From Octopus vulgaris (lineage: Eukaryota), in the NCBI GenBank assembly GCA_951406725.2, contig OX597817.1:128712001-128776000 (forward strand): a DNA stretch of 64,000 bases, read 5' to 3'. Positions 22,673-35,061 of the stretch are shown piece by piece (position 1 is the first letter of the stretch; every line of letters begins with the position of its first letter). Under the pieces are notes generated by a model. The model did not search any database and was not told the origin of the DNA. It saw only the letters and a program-made list of their open reading frames with translations. Position numbers and translations under genes: made by a program.

Positions 22673-23995
22673 AGAGAAGTGGAGTAGAGAAAGATACATT
22701 GTAGATACATATATACATGCATGCGATCATTCATACACACATGTTTATATGTATATATGTCACACACACATATCTCTACATGTATGGGGAAAGAGAAAGG
22801 TCCGTGCCTGTGAAAGGCTATAGGTGCAACTACACATCTGACTATCTATCTGTTATGTATTAACGAATTTATTTACATATTCATAGATATACCCGCATAA
22901 AAATACGCATGCAGCATCATATTGCCAATAATAATTTTCTAAATATCCCTGCTATACATGTTAATTCGTAAGTCATCCCTTTTTTTTTCTTTCTCTTACT
23001 TTAATAAATGTTCTGAGAAATAATTGCACTGTGTGTAATGACATTTGATAGGATGATCTGTCATCAGTCACAAATTTTATTATATTAAGCCATATGATAG
23101 CATATTAAATGTTACTAAACATCGACGTAACAAAGAACGTAAGACAGGGAAAGAATGTTTATTAAACGTAGCTGAAGAAACTCGTAAATTGATGGCGGGT
23201 GGTGGAAATATAGGAGAAATTAAAATGTATTCGACTAAAATGTGTGTGAGCGTGTGTGTGTGTGTGTGTGTGTGTAAGAAACGAGGCCATGCATTATTAA
23301 TGGAAGGGGTATGTTAGATGAAATCGACCTCAATATCTGAGTACTTTGTCAACCCCCGAACTAATGGAATCCTGAGTGTTACGAAGAATTTGAACTTAAG
23401 CAGAAATAACAAAAATAGAAAACAAAAAGGAAGCCCTGAGCATAACATAAAAGGTATTTCGTTTTCTGTTGCTTCTAGAAACATTTGATGATGACGTGAA
23501 AACCTCATGGAACACGAACTCACGCTGCGTTGCTCGTTGTACGCGTATCGGTGTAATTATCAATATTATTTATTGCATATCATTTGACATAAAACTGTAT
23601 TGGGCTTTTTTTTATAACAATTATTGAGAATAATTTTTTCCTTTATTGTTTTCTATTGTGCGTAGCTGCTTATATTAATTTTGAGTATACATATTAGCAT
23701 TTCGCTAAATCAGCCATAAATTTATATGGTAAATATATATATACCTACAGAGGGTTTTAGCTGAACCATTCAAACAATGGGAATAGACACTGCTGATGAG
23801 TCTACAATTAAAAGACGGACTAGTTTTGTACATTTGCTCTTAGCCTTGGTCATGGGGCGGTTATCTCCCCTGTCAATGTATATGCAGAGTACGGTGAATA
23901 AACTGTCATCTAAATTACGCAAAAATGAAAATAACACTGACATCTCATTTTAACAGATATATTAACCAAAATTACATAAAAATATCTTGAAATAT

Positions 23996-24312
23996 GGAGA
24001 TGTACTTGCATAGCAAGTGACTTGATCTGAGATCGTGTACTGAAACAAAAACTATTGCAGCGTGGAAGGTGTTCATAAGCCATTTAAAAACACACAAAAA
24101 CCCTCAGGTGCACTTCAACATTTAAATTTAATTTGCCAAAATATTTCCGTAACCTGTTCACTGACAAAATTCTGTGCTGCATCACGGAATTTTGTTGCGA
24201 TCTCAAAGCGACGAAAATATTTTGGCAAAGTAAATTTAAATGTTGAAATGAATCTAACGGTTTTTGTGTGTTTTTAAATGGGTTATAAACACCTTCCACG
24301 CTGCAATTGTTT
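23996..24312. mobile_element. Inverted-repeat (fold-back) element with ~130-bp arms, carrying decayed hammerhead halves
   Basis: About 24049-24178 is the imperfect reverse complement of about 24183-24312. The left side extends an extra ~50 bp. Confidence 0.8.
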
Positions 24313-24319
24313 ATCCTGA

Positions 24320-24921
24320 AATACTAAAGAGTAAATTTATTCAATAATATTGCCATTGGCGTCAACGATGGCTTCCAGACGACTTCGGAATTGTCTGCAA
24401 CTCTTCTGGACAGTCTCCTTGTTTAAGTTGGTAAATGCTGTCATAATCCTTGCCTACAGGTCATTTTTAGTGTTGCAGGGAGTTTATTTGGTCTCTCACT
24501 CAACTGCAGACCACGCATAATATCAAGGGAGTTGCAGTCTGGGGGGGGGGGGGTAGGTGGCCAGATGTTATGGGTGATGTAGGCCTCCGTGCTGGGTATG
24601 TAGCCGTGTGGGAAGATGAAAGGAGGTATAACGTCGCCATCGCTAGTGATCACTCCAAACACCATGATGTTGACTGGATGTTTGATTTTTACCACTCTCG
24701 GTACATGTCCTCAGATTGCACTATCGTCTGAAATGTTTGTATTGGAGATTCTGGCGCGAATGCCAAGCAGTACAGCAAGTTATATTAAATTTTTTGGCAG
24801 AATGAATTATGTCATGGTACTGTTTTTCTCACAGACAGTGCCCAATGGACCCTACTATACTGTGTAGTCGATGCACGAAATTATATCTACGAAGTGGTGG
24901 TAATTTACCCGTCGCACCATG
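24320..24921 (-). mobile_element. Internally deleted Tc1/mariner-superfamily transposon (maT/DD37D-like)
   Basis: Minus-strand VKIKHPVNIMVFGVITSDGDVIPPFIFPHG, IWPP..PDCNSLD and CRQFRSRLEAIVDANGNIIE*. A TIR-like end GGTAATTTACCCGTCGCACCATG|TA at about 24899-24923. Confidence 0.7.
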
Positions 24922-25349
24922 TAAATTTGTGTTTATCCAGCTTTAAAGGTTTTAACTCTAATTTCTAGCAATATATGCTATTCAGTACACTCAGTCACAA
25001 CTAGAGACAATTACATTTTTCATTTATGGTTTTATATTGCACGTAGCTACTTCTATTAATTAATATATATGTATATTGTGCTGGAGATTGAGTTTCATTC
25101 TAACATATGTAAATTATGCGCTTTGTTTCTGTATTCTAGATTGGATTTGTATTACATTTTTTTAACAAATTTTCCCCACCGAGATTTAGACTACTGAAAA
25201 TTATTTCTCATCTTGTCTTGTCCTCAAACTCCACCATTACCGGTCCCTATCCCGGATGAGAAAGTAAGTTGGTGGTCGGCGTGTGGTTAACAGCCCCTGC
25301 ACTATCAATTCTCTACATTTCCATGGAAACTTCAACGACAAAATATTTG

Positions 25350-26200
25350 AAACCTGATGATAAGTGGAGATAGTCCTCAGAAACTGCGTATGAAGCAACA
25401 TAATAAAATAAATAGATGCGTCCTTTTAAAGCCTAGCCAGGCTCATGGGCCCGGTTTCCCGGTTTCAATAGCGTATGTCTTCCCCAGCTGGACCGGACGC
25501 CAGTACATCGCAGCGTTGCTCATTTTTGCCAGCTGAATGGTCTGGAGCAACGTGAAATGAAGTGTTTTGCTCAAGAACACAGCGCGTCGCCCGATCCAGG
25601 AATCGAAAAAACAATTTTACATTCATGATGCTGACACCCTAACTGCTAAGCCACGCGCATCCACATGAAGCAACATAGTGAGGCTATATCTAGGGACAAG
25701 TGCAATCCATTGCCAAAGATCATGACTGATATATGGCAATCTCTTTTTGATGTCCTATATACCAAATGAAGTTATAGGAATTAAAACAATTGTCCTGGGC
25801 CAGGCTTTAGAATTCATCTGAAGTGTTTCTCTCATCCTCAGTATCTGTGAGTAGGATCATACACTAGGTAATACTTGGCCGATTTTTCTCCGCATTCCTT
25901 AGGGATTCCATGCAAAGGTCTGTCTGGTAACGCTCATTATTCGATTGTGTAGTATAAGCCTAATCCATCCAATAATCTCTTCACCTTCTGTTTTGCAGCT
26001 GGTCAATGACCTTTTGAATAGAGAACTTTGTTGATTTTTCCTGCTCAGCGATTGCGGAAGATTTTTTTTAGGCAGCTACATTTTTTCTACAATTTAGTCA
26101 GGAAAGGTAAGAGAGCACTTAAGATCCTTCATTTTTTTCAGGAGATCCAGAGACTACTGGAGAGAACTCATCTTCAAACCGGGAGCATGATCCAGCCTCT
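25350..26200 (-). mobile_element. RTE-clade LINE 3' remnant (host of the SINE at 25403)
   Basis: Minus strand at about 25890-25970 reads WIRLILHNRIMSVTRQTFAWNP*GMRRK, a decayed WIGHTLR...ITRQAL.WNPQGKR.RGRP RTE C-terminal motif. Confidence 0.5.
25403..25664 (-). mobile_element. tRNA-derived CORE-like SINE (family C head, different 3' end) with 13-bp TSD
   Basis: Minus strand starts GTGGATGCGCGTGGCTTAGCAGTTAGGG...TTCGATTCC...GTGTTCTTGAGCAAAACACTT. TSD ATGAAGCAACATA at 25390-25402 and 25665-25677. Confidence 0.9.
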
Positions 26201-26639
26201 TGCAACTAAGTGGATTCAACCAGGGGCTGAGGTGAGGAATATTGAAATGAGCGACAGATTAAGTTTACTATACAAGAAAATACAAGAAATCAGAATCTTG
26301 CCGAATACCAGCTGTTCTTTTATGGGAAATTCACCACATCCTCCAACACTATACTGACCAGATCTCTTCGCTGGACACGTTTATGTTCACGCATATTATC
26401 TCACCATTGTGAATTTGAAGTCTAAAAATAATAATTAGTTTTCTCAAGAACTTGCTCTAGTTTGAACACATCCCAGTTATGAAACCAGGGCGTGTCCTAT
26501 GGCTAGTAAAGAAAAAGAAAATAAGATTCGAAGTAAGACTCTAAGTGTGAGTGTGTGTGTGTGGGGGGGAGACAAGAGGAAAAGGAAATTTAGAGGAAAT
26601 ACAAGATACAGTGAGTTGGTTGCGTCAATAATAATAACA

Positions 26640-26845
26640 ATCCTTTCTACTTTATGCACAAGACCTGAAATTTTGTGGAGAGGGACTAGTCAGTTACATC
26701 GACTCCCAGCTGGTATTTATTCTATCGATCCCGGAATTATGAAAAGCAAAGTTGACCTCAGTGGAACTTGAAGTCAGAAACTAAAAACGGACGATATGCC
26801 ACTAACCACTTTGTCCGGTGTGTTACCGATTCTACCAACCGCATA
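26640..26845 (-). mobile_element. SINE family B copy (degenerate)
   Basis: ATGAAAAGCAAAGTTGACCTCAGTGGAACTTGAA motif. Confidence 0.7.
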
Positions 26846-26862
26846 ATAATGTTAATGGTATC

Positions 26863-26919
<57 letters not shown>

Positions 26920-26921
<2 letters not shown>

Positions 26922-28393
26922 CATCGGGATGGAGTTTGGACTTGAGAAGTGTGCCAAGGCCACTTTCCAGAAAGGGAAAGTGAAGACCATAAATTCAGTC
27001 GTGTTAGATGTTGACACAGTCATAAGAGAGCTTGAGCAAGAACAAACATACAAATATTTAGGGATAAATGAAGGCTCTGGTATTCAGCATGCAAGCATGA
27101 AAGAGAAAATCAGGAAGGAATGTTATAGGAGAGTTCGTGCAGTCCTGAAATCTGAACTAAATGCACGTAACAAGGTGTTAGCTATAAATTCCTTAGCAGT
27201 TCCAGTTGTTACTTATAGCTACAATGTGTTGAACTGGAATATGAGTGAAGTAAAGAATATAGATAGGAAAATACGCAAGCTACTGAGTTGTAATAGGATG
27301 CACCAACCAAAGGCAGACGTAGATCGCCTTTACCTTCCCAGAGCCCAAGGAGGTCGAGGCCTGATCCAATTTGAACTAGCTTACAAAACAACCGCAATTG
27401 GACTGGCCAAATATCTCGAAATATCGAATGACTGGATGCTAAAGCTCGTGGAAAATCACGAGAGACGAAAGAAGCTTCATTCTATCATAAAGGAAAGCAA
27501 AAAATTTGCTATTGATCTCGTGCAGGATACACAAACTGAACAACCCGAGGGAAGTACGGCAACTATTGTTGCAAAGAAGGTGAAAATAATGGCAACGAAA
27601 AAAAGCGCACGAGCAATTGGCTGATAGGTGGGAGGAGAAACCTCTGCACGGCAAATATGTGACCCGCAGCAAACAATCTGATGTTGACCAGAAGCAAACC
27701 CATCAGAGGCTACGGAGCTCAGGGCTAAAAGCAGAGAGCGAAGGTTTCATCCTGGCTGCTCAAGATCAAAGCCTATTAACCCGGAACTACCAGGCTAATG
27801 TGATGAAAAATGGAGCAGACCCAAAATGCCGATTCTGCAACGACATGATTGAAACAGTGGACCACCTAATCTCTGGATGTAAAGTCTTAGCACCAGTGGA
27901 GTATAAATTAAGACATGACAGAGTTGGCCAATATCTACACTGGCTAATAAGTCGGCATTACAATATCAAAACTGCCGACAAGTGGTATAATCAACACCCT
28001 GAGGCTGTAACTGAAGGAGAAAATGTAACCATTCCGTGGGACTTTACAGTACATACAGACCGAACCATCAAGGCCAATAAACCAGATATTGTTGTGAAAG
28101 ACCAAAACAATAAAGTTTGCTTATTGATCGACATGAGCATCCCCTGTGATCATACTATCTCAGCGAAAGAGTTTGGCAAGCTCAGAAAGTATAAAGACCT
28201 GCTCATTGAAATTGCAAAAATGTGGCATCTCAAGGCGGTTACAATACCAGTGATCGTAGGAGCACTAGGAATGATCAAGAAGGGAACCGAAAATTATATG
28301 AGAATGATCCCTGGCTTACCATCCCTGCAAGAAGTGCAAAAGATTGTCTTAACTGGTACATCACACGTATTGAGAAGAGCATTGTCGATGTGA
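26920..28393 (+). pseudogene. RT-thumb / zinc knuckle / restriction-like endonuclease polyprotein fragment, one +1 frameshift
   Basis: ORFs 26818..27624 and 27617..28393 join if one A is removed from the A7 run at 27598-27604 (ATKKAHEQLADRW). No in-frame stops otherwise. Confidence 0.9.
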
Positions 28394-28563
28394 GAACTGT
28401 TGCTGCTCATGTATTTTAATTTAACTTAACAAAAAAAAAAAAAATGAACGAACTATTGAGTTTGGTTTAATGGCCTACCAATGTATACTATGAGTTTCTT
28501 TACCCTAGGAGTCGGGAAGACACTCGGCAAGAAATGGAAGCAAATTTGAAAGAAGAAAAAAAA

Positions 28564-28564
<1 letters not shown>
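26920..28564 (+). mobile_element. 5'-truncated R4/Dong-like RLE non-LTR retrotransposon inserted in (TAA)n
   Basis: Encodes the end of the RT/thumb (DIGMEFGLEKCAK, YKYLG), DVDRLYLPRAQGGRGL, KPLHG, a CCHC knuckle (CRFC..ETVDHLISGC), RHD and RLE motifs (KPDIVV..IDMSIP..E..K..KY). Has a 3' UTR. (AAT)n lies at 26863-26919 and 28565-28595. Confidence 0.95.
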
Positions 28565-28595
<31 letters not shown>

Positions 28596-29430
28596 CAAGA
28601 GAAGAATCTTCCGGAGGGACAGTGTCTGTCTCCACTGATATTCATGCTGGGAATGACCCCTTTGAGTGAAATACTACAGAAAACAAAGTTGGTGTATGAT
28701 CCTGGGAAGAGGTAAGGGAAAACTAAACCACTTACTATTCATGGATGACCTGAAACTATTCACAAAAACTCAGGCAGAACTGGACAGCCTAGTCTTGTCT
28801 GTGCGGATTTTCTTCAATGATATTATGATGAAGTTTGGACTCACAAAATGTGCTACGATGGTGATGAGACGAGGAAAGTTTGTTAGGACAAAAGACATAT
28901 GGTTGCCAAGTGGTAAAAAGATGAAGGTATTACAAACTCAATTCAGTTATAAATACCTGGAAATACTTGAGACAGATAGAATCAAACACCGCGACATGAA
29001 GGAAAAGACAAAAAGAGAGTACCTGCGGCGAGTGAAAAAATGCCAGAAACATAATTTCGGCAATAAACACGTATGTCGCTGGAATCCTGAAGTGGACAAA
29101 GGAGGCGTTAAAGGAGATGGACAGGAAATCAAGCAAGCTCCTAACGATGCATGGAGACCATCATCCACTTGCAGACACTGATCGCCTATATATGAAGAGA
29201 GCAAGTGGAGGATGTGTGGAAGACTTCGTGTGTATCGAAAGGAAACCTTGCTTGTATCAGTTTGGAATGAAGGAATATTGAAAGCAGAAGAAAAAGAAAG
29301 GAAGAAGTACAAAAAGGACATGAAGAAGAATTACACATCAAGGGACTACACAATCAATTCCATGTAATTACAACAGAAGTTGCAGGAAAAAATAAGTAAG
29401 ATTGCTTGATGAAAGGAACCCTGAAAAAAG
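28596..29430 (+). mobile_element. Second, more decayed R4/Dong-like element containing the RT catalytic core
   Basis: Decayed RRIF.GD..SPLIF motif, then KLNHLLFMDDLKLF (YxDD-type), FFNDIMMKFGLTKCA, YKYLEIL and ADTDRLYM. Starts directly at the (TAA)n tail of the previous element. Confidence 0.85.
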
Positions 29431-29616
29431 TTTGGCAAAGATACATGGCTCAATGTCGCAAAATTTGACTCCACGAATTTTCAGTTGTTAGGCAGGCGTT
29501 TCGTCATCAATGTTAGTGAGTGGCCTCAAGTATCTATGGAATTGTAGTGGAATGAACAGAAGCACCTGTAGGGCTTCAACATTACCTGATACGATATTCA
29601 TTCTCGCATTAGGCAT

Positions 29617-29679
<63 letters not shown>

Positions 29680-30229
29680 TAATCATGGTAGAATGAAGTT
29701 TTACAGTTCTAATTTCTTTCTAACAGTTTTTTTGTCCATTTTTCTTTTTTCTTTTTCTTTTTTTTTTGTTGTGAATCTTTCTTCATCTTCTTCCTGTTAT
29801 TTTCTGATTTTCTTATTTCGTTTTTCCTTTCATCTCTTTTTTTTTGTGCGTATGTGTTTTGTATTTTAATTAGCTTTTAGTACGTTTACAATTTTTTAGG
29901 ATGTATGTATGTATGTATGTATGTATGTGTCTAATTTTCCCTAAATCATCGTTTATCTTTTTACTTTGCTTATTCGTTTTTTCGTCTCTTTTAATACTTT
30001 AATCGGATTAAGAAACGCGTCCTCGTCACATAAGCACGCGACCTTAAAAATCCGAACGGCCGACTATTAACTTTTTTCTTTATTTCTTTCCCTTCGGGTT
30101 TGGTCGTAGTTGGAGGTGAAACTAGTCACCACATGTATCACCATTCTAGTCTTAAACACTCCATTTCTCGTTTGTTTCCCTTCTAAATTCTCCTTTTCTT
30201 TTCGTAACCACTCTCTGCCCTCTCTCGCA

Positions 30230-30230
<1 letters not shown>

Positions 30231-30328
<98 letters not shown>

Positions 30329-30346
30329 CCTACCTACCTACCTACA

Positions 30347-30405
<59 letters not shown>
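30231..30405. repeat. (CT)n(CTAT)n microsatellite
   Basis: Direct reading; a similar compound (CT)(CTAT)(TA) array lies at 30966-31182. Confidence 0.95.
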
Positions 30406-30406
<1 letters not shown>

Positions 30407-30965
30407 CGTCTATCGCTTTCTCCTTTAAAGTATAAAAACACACAAACATGCATGTATGTGAGCATGTGTGAATCTGTGTGTGTGTATGTATGTATGTATG
30501 CATGTATGTATGTATGTATGTACCCATCAACCAATCCAAATAGCTACTCCTCTCCGTCTTGCATTCTGCCTCAGCTTCATTAGGTCCTCAGCTAACCTTC
30601 CCAATTTATCTCACTCTTTTTTTTATTTTTGTTTTTTTTTGTTTTTTTAATCATAATGGCTCATGAAATCCGAAAGGCGTCTTCAGTGTTTCAGGCTATT
30701 GCCATTGTCACATCAGTAACAAAACTTTCTGGTTAACAACAAAACAAAAAGAAGTACTCATGCGCATTTATTATTCTCTTTCTTTTTTCTTTTTTTTTTT
30801 TGTAGTGCTCTACTTAATATTTGTTGAACGTTATTACAATGCAAGTAATGATGCTCTTAATGAAATCCAGTTTCGTGGCCCTGTGGAAATCTATTGAAAA
30901 TACGTAAGCGTTTAATCGAAAGCATTCTTTTGCAGCTTCTCATTTTACCAATTTAACGCCACGGC

Positions 30966-31031
<66 letters not shown>

Positions 31032-31035
31032 GTTA

Positions 31036-31066
<31 letters not shown>

Positions 31067-31098
31067 GATATCTCTCTCTTTCTCTCTCTATCTATCTA

Positions 31099-31185
<87 letters not shown>

Positions 31186-31334
31186 AGTTAAACAAAGATG
31201 ACTTTAGCCTTGAACGATCCTCTCATGTAGGTGACTGGTGCATTAAAGCACACATATATATCGCAGCAGGCGAGAATTGCCCGTCATGGGCGTCGGAATA
31301 CTCGTATCACGTGACTTCGGTCTACTGAACCTTA

Positions 31335-31680
31335 TTAATATAATAATAATAATAATAATAATGAAATTATTGTATACAGGGCTCAGGTGCACCACAACTT
31401 GTCAATGCACTACAACTTGTCAATGCACTACAACTTGTCAAGAAAGTGAAGATTGTATGAGTCAGATACATGCCTGCATGTTTATGGAGGGGAGAAAATT
31501 AGGTGTAGTGTTGGCGAATCTCAGGAAGCATGGAAGTTTTGAAGGATGCAGTGCTCTGACAACTAACAACTGATACCGGTGGTTTGTTCCATACTTCAGC
31601 AACTCTTAGCGTGAAGAACTGTTTCCGAAAGTCATGGGAGCTGTGCTGTTTTCTGACTTTGTAAACATATCCACATATAA
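31335..31680 (-). mobile_element. CR1-like LINE 3' end with (ATT)n tail
   Basis: Minus ORF GYVYKVRKQHSSHDFRKQFFTLRVAEVWNKPPVSVVSCQSTASFK matches the CR1 C-terminal GH..KL..RK.FFS.RV..WN.LP..VV...S...FK. The 3' UTR has three 18-bp tandem units at about 31388-31441. Confidence 0.8.
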
Positions 31681-33079
31681 TGGGAAGCACCGGTCACTGC
31701 TTGCCAGTCAATACATGCATACATATATTCATACATACACACGCACGCATACACACACACACACACATAAACACACACACGTACGCTAACGCACACACAC
31801 ACACATATATATATATATGGATCCTTTGTGCTGCTGCTAGATCTGCTAAGCAGACAAAGAGAAAATTTCTTCCTGAAATCACATTCTACTATCCTAAAAT
31901 ATAAAGGAAAGGATACACGGTAGCATGAGATCGCCACGGCTGGAATGTCTTTGACTAGATATTTTGCTTAATAAAGATGTACATCGTATCTCATGACAAC
32001 ATCCTTACGACTCAAACAAAGAGTTGATAGCCAAGAGGTCAGATAATACTCACTTATATCGATCCAGGAAGGGAAAAAACATTGCAACTTGCATCAAAGT
32101 CTTTCGAAATTAAGGAGTAAAGGGTCACAACTAAATACTCAAAGGAATGTTACCAGACACTCTTACAACTCTGCCAAACCTCTTCCGCTATATTCAGAAT
32201 AATAATTAGAATAATTATTTCTTAATGTCTTCCTGCTCCTTTGCATACGTTTATTTGTTTTTGTTTCATCTTTTGGTTTTACTATATTCATTTTTAGGAA
32301 AATTGTTTTGTTCTTTTTTTTCTTTCCCTCATTAATATCTAATTTCTTGCTTTAGACTTATTTTAATTCGTATTTATTCATAGATCTATTTTCTTTTATC
32401 GTTTATGTTTTCTTGTTGCTTTTTTTTTTGTGACAGTGAAGGAAAGGTGTTGTATCTCTATGACCATATGATTTTCCGTTTTTTATTTTTCATTTTCGTT
32501 ATATCTGCCGTATTGTCGTCCTCCTGTTCTTCTGTTCGTATTTCATTAGCTTACTTCTTCATGCCCACAGCCGAACGAAGACAAAAGAGTGCAAGACATG
32601 TTACTTTTAATCCGTTTATTGTATTACTCTGTGTTCTCGTATAGAAATCTTAAACCACTTAAACACGCAAAGGATTAGATATATATGTGTGTATATATCT
32701 ATATCATGTATCTGTATGTATGCGTTCGTGTTTGTACACACACACACACACACACACACATTTACGACAAATATTGATGTGTATGTATGTGTTGCTGCAG
32801 TAGAAGACGCTAGAAAGCGGACAACAGATGGTTCTTTTAAGTTTGTTTCAAGTTGAAAAAATCACAAGAATTTCTTTCCACTTAATATCACTAATCAATA
32901 TCTAACTCCTCGTCAAGCGTGTCACTTCATTCATTCTATCAACCCACTTTAACTACATTTTTTTTTATATCCAGAACCACTACTTCTGGTTGTAAAAATT
33001 ATGACAATGAGTAGACAACGCTCGAATAGTCGGGGATAATTTATATTGGTTTTAAATATAAAACCAATGGTTTTATATT

Positions 33080-33905
33080 GGTTTTAAATTTCGGGATAAG
33101 GCTAACAATTTCAGGGAAGAGTGTTTGACGATTACATGGACCCCAGTGCTCAACTGATATTTGTTTTAGCGACCCGAAAGGGATGAAAAGCAAAGTCGAC
33201 CGCAGCGGAATTTCAGCTCAGAACGCAAAGACAGATGAAATGCCGCTAAGCATTTTCCTGGTAGCGATTCTTATTTCTTTATTGCCCACAAGGGGCTAAA
33301 CATAGAGGGGACAAACAAGAATAGACAAAGAGATCAAGTCGATTACATCGACCCCAGTACGTAACCGGTACTTAATTTATCGACCCCGGTGAGCTGGCAG
33401 ATACGTTAGCACCTCGGGCGAAATGTTTAACGGCATTTCGTCTGCCGTTACGTTCTGAGTTCAAATTCCGCCGAGGTCGACTTTGCCTTTCATCCTTTCG
33501 GGGTCGATAAATTAAGTACCAGTTACGCATTGGGGTCGATGTAATCGACTTAATACCTATGTCTGTCCTTGTTTGTCCCCTCTATGTTTAACCCTTTGTG
33601 GGTAATAAAGAAATATGTACTTAATTTATCGACCCCGAAAGGATGAAAGGCAAAGTCGACCTCGGCGAAATTTGATCTCTAAGCATTGCGCTAAGCATTT
33701 CGTCCGGCGTGCTAACGTTTCTGTCAGCTCGCTGCCTTCAGAGTATTTTATATTGATTTCAAATTTTGGCACAAGGGCAACAAGTTCGAGGCAGCGGTTG
33801 AGACGATTACGTCGAGATCCACAATACTCAACAGATATTTATGATATTGACCTCAAAATAATGAAATTCCAAGCCTATTTCGGCGTTATTGGAACTCAGA
33901 ACGTA
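33080..33905. mobile_element. Nested and inverted cluster of SINE family B copies
   Basis: Plus copy 33389-33616 sits inside a minus copy (about 33271-33737) between 21-bp direct repeats. Further minus copies lie on both sides. Confidence 0.88.
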
Positions 33906-34292
33906 GAGAATATTTTTATATTGATTGCATTAATAGTACGACAGAGCCCACCACCATATTTGCTGCTGCGGCTGCCGATGCTACTATTGCAGCTGATGGT
34001 GCGGCTACTACTAAACGGTATACAGATTTAACCCTTTTACCGCAGAAAGTTGATGTATCTACTCATGATATCATAACCTTTAACTGCAGAAAGTAGTTTC
34101 ATTGATCAAAGCATCTTTTGTTGAAACTATTTTCTATTGAGATATATCGATTTTATGCAGGCAAAGTAAGTTTCTGAAAATAACGGTTCTATTTTTGGTA
34201 AATATTTAGCATCATTACTTGAATAACTATGGAATTTAATTTCGCAGTGATAGGGTTGAGGTTTAAGGTTTAAGGTGTGAGTTAAAATACTA

Positions 34293-34543
34293 TTGGGTTG
34301 GTGCATAATTACTGTGGTTTTTTTCCAGCAAATTTTATTCAACAAAAACAATAACAACACGTAACATAAACATCGTTAGATGATTATTCCGGAGCATATT
34401 CACCATCTACTTCAATTACTGCTTCCCATTTGCTTGGAAGAGGGTCAGACCATCATTTAAAGATGTTTTTGTTAAATATTGTTATGGTTTTTGTTGAATA
34501 AAATTTGTTGAAAAAAAGCCGCAATAATTATGCACCAACCCAA
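34293..34543. mobile_element. Mariner-derived MITE with TA TSD
   Basis: TA|TTGGGTTGGTGCATAATT... and ...AATTATGCACCAACCCAA|TA, with inverted homology for about 65 bp. The internal minus strand retains the transposase C-terminus LPSKWEAVIEVDGEYAPE*. Confidence 0.92.
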
Positions 34544-34936
34544 TATTTCAGTTTAGCTGTTGATACATAAGAGCCGAATTGTTTAGAACTAGATTTTAGT
34601 AGAAGCTTATTCTGTTAACTGCATTCCTTCATTCAAAATGTGTAGCTTTGTATCAAATTTAAAATTCCTTATTCGTACGCGGGATGGCGACTTTTGCTAT
34701 AAATTTGACTTCATCCTCATCATCGATTAAATGTTCCGTTATTGTTCCTAAAGTTGCTTTAAAATAGTGACCACAACTTAATACTTTCTTCATGCATACA
34801 CACAACACATGTACTGTCGACGTCACTGCTTGTAAATATATATATATATATACTAGCATTATGACCCGTCGTTGCCGGGCCATAGTGCTAGTGCATGTAT
34901 ATATGTGTATATATATGTGTACATATTACATGTACA

Positions 34937-35002
<66 letters not shown>

Positions 35003-35061
35003 TACAATAATAAAATACAAAATACAAAGTTATATCGTGATATCGCTAGTGATAACAATAC

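Noticed and set aside
25354-25392. CTGATGA...GAAACTGCGTA hammerhead-like motif
   Set aside because: Stem I cannot form and stem II is poor; it lies in the reverse complement of an RTE 3' end next to a SINE TSD.
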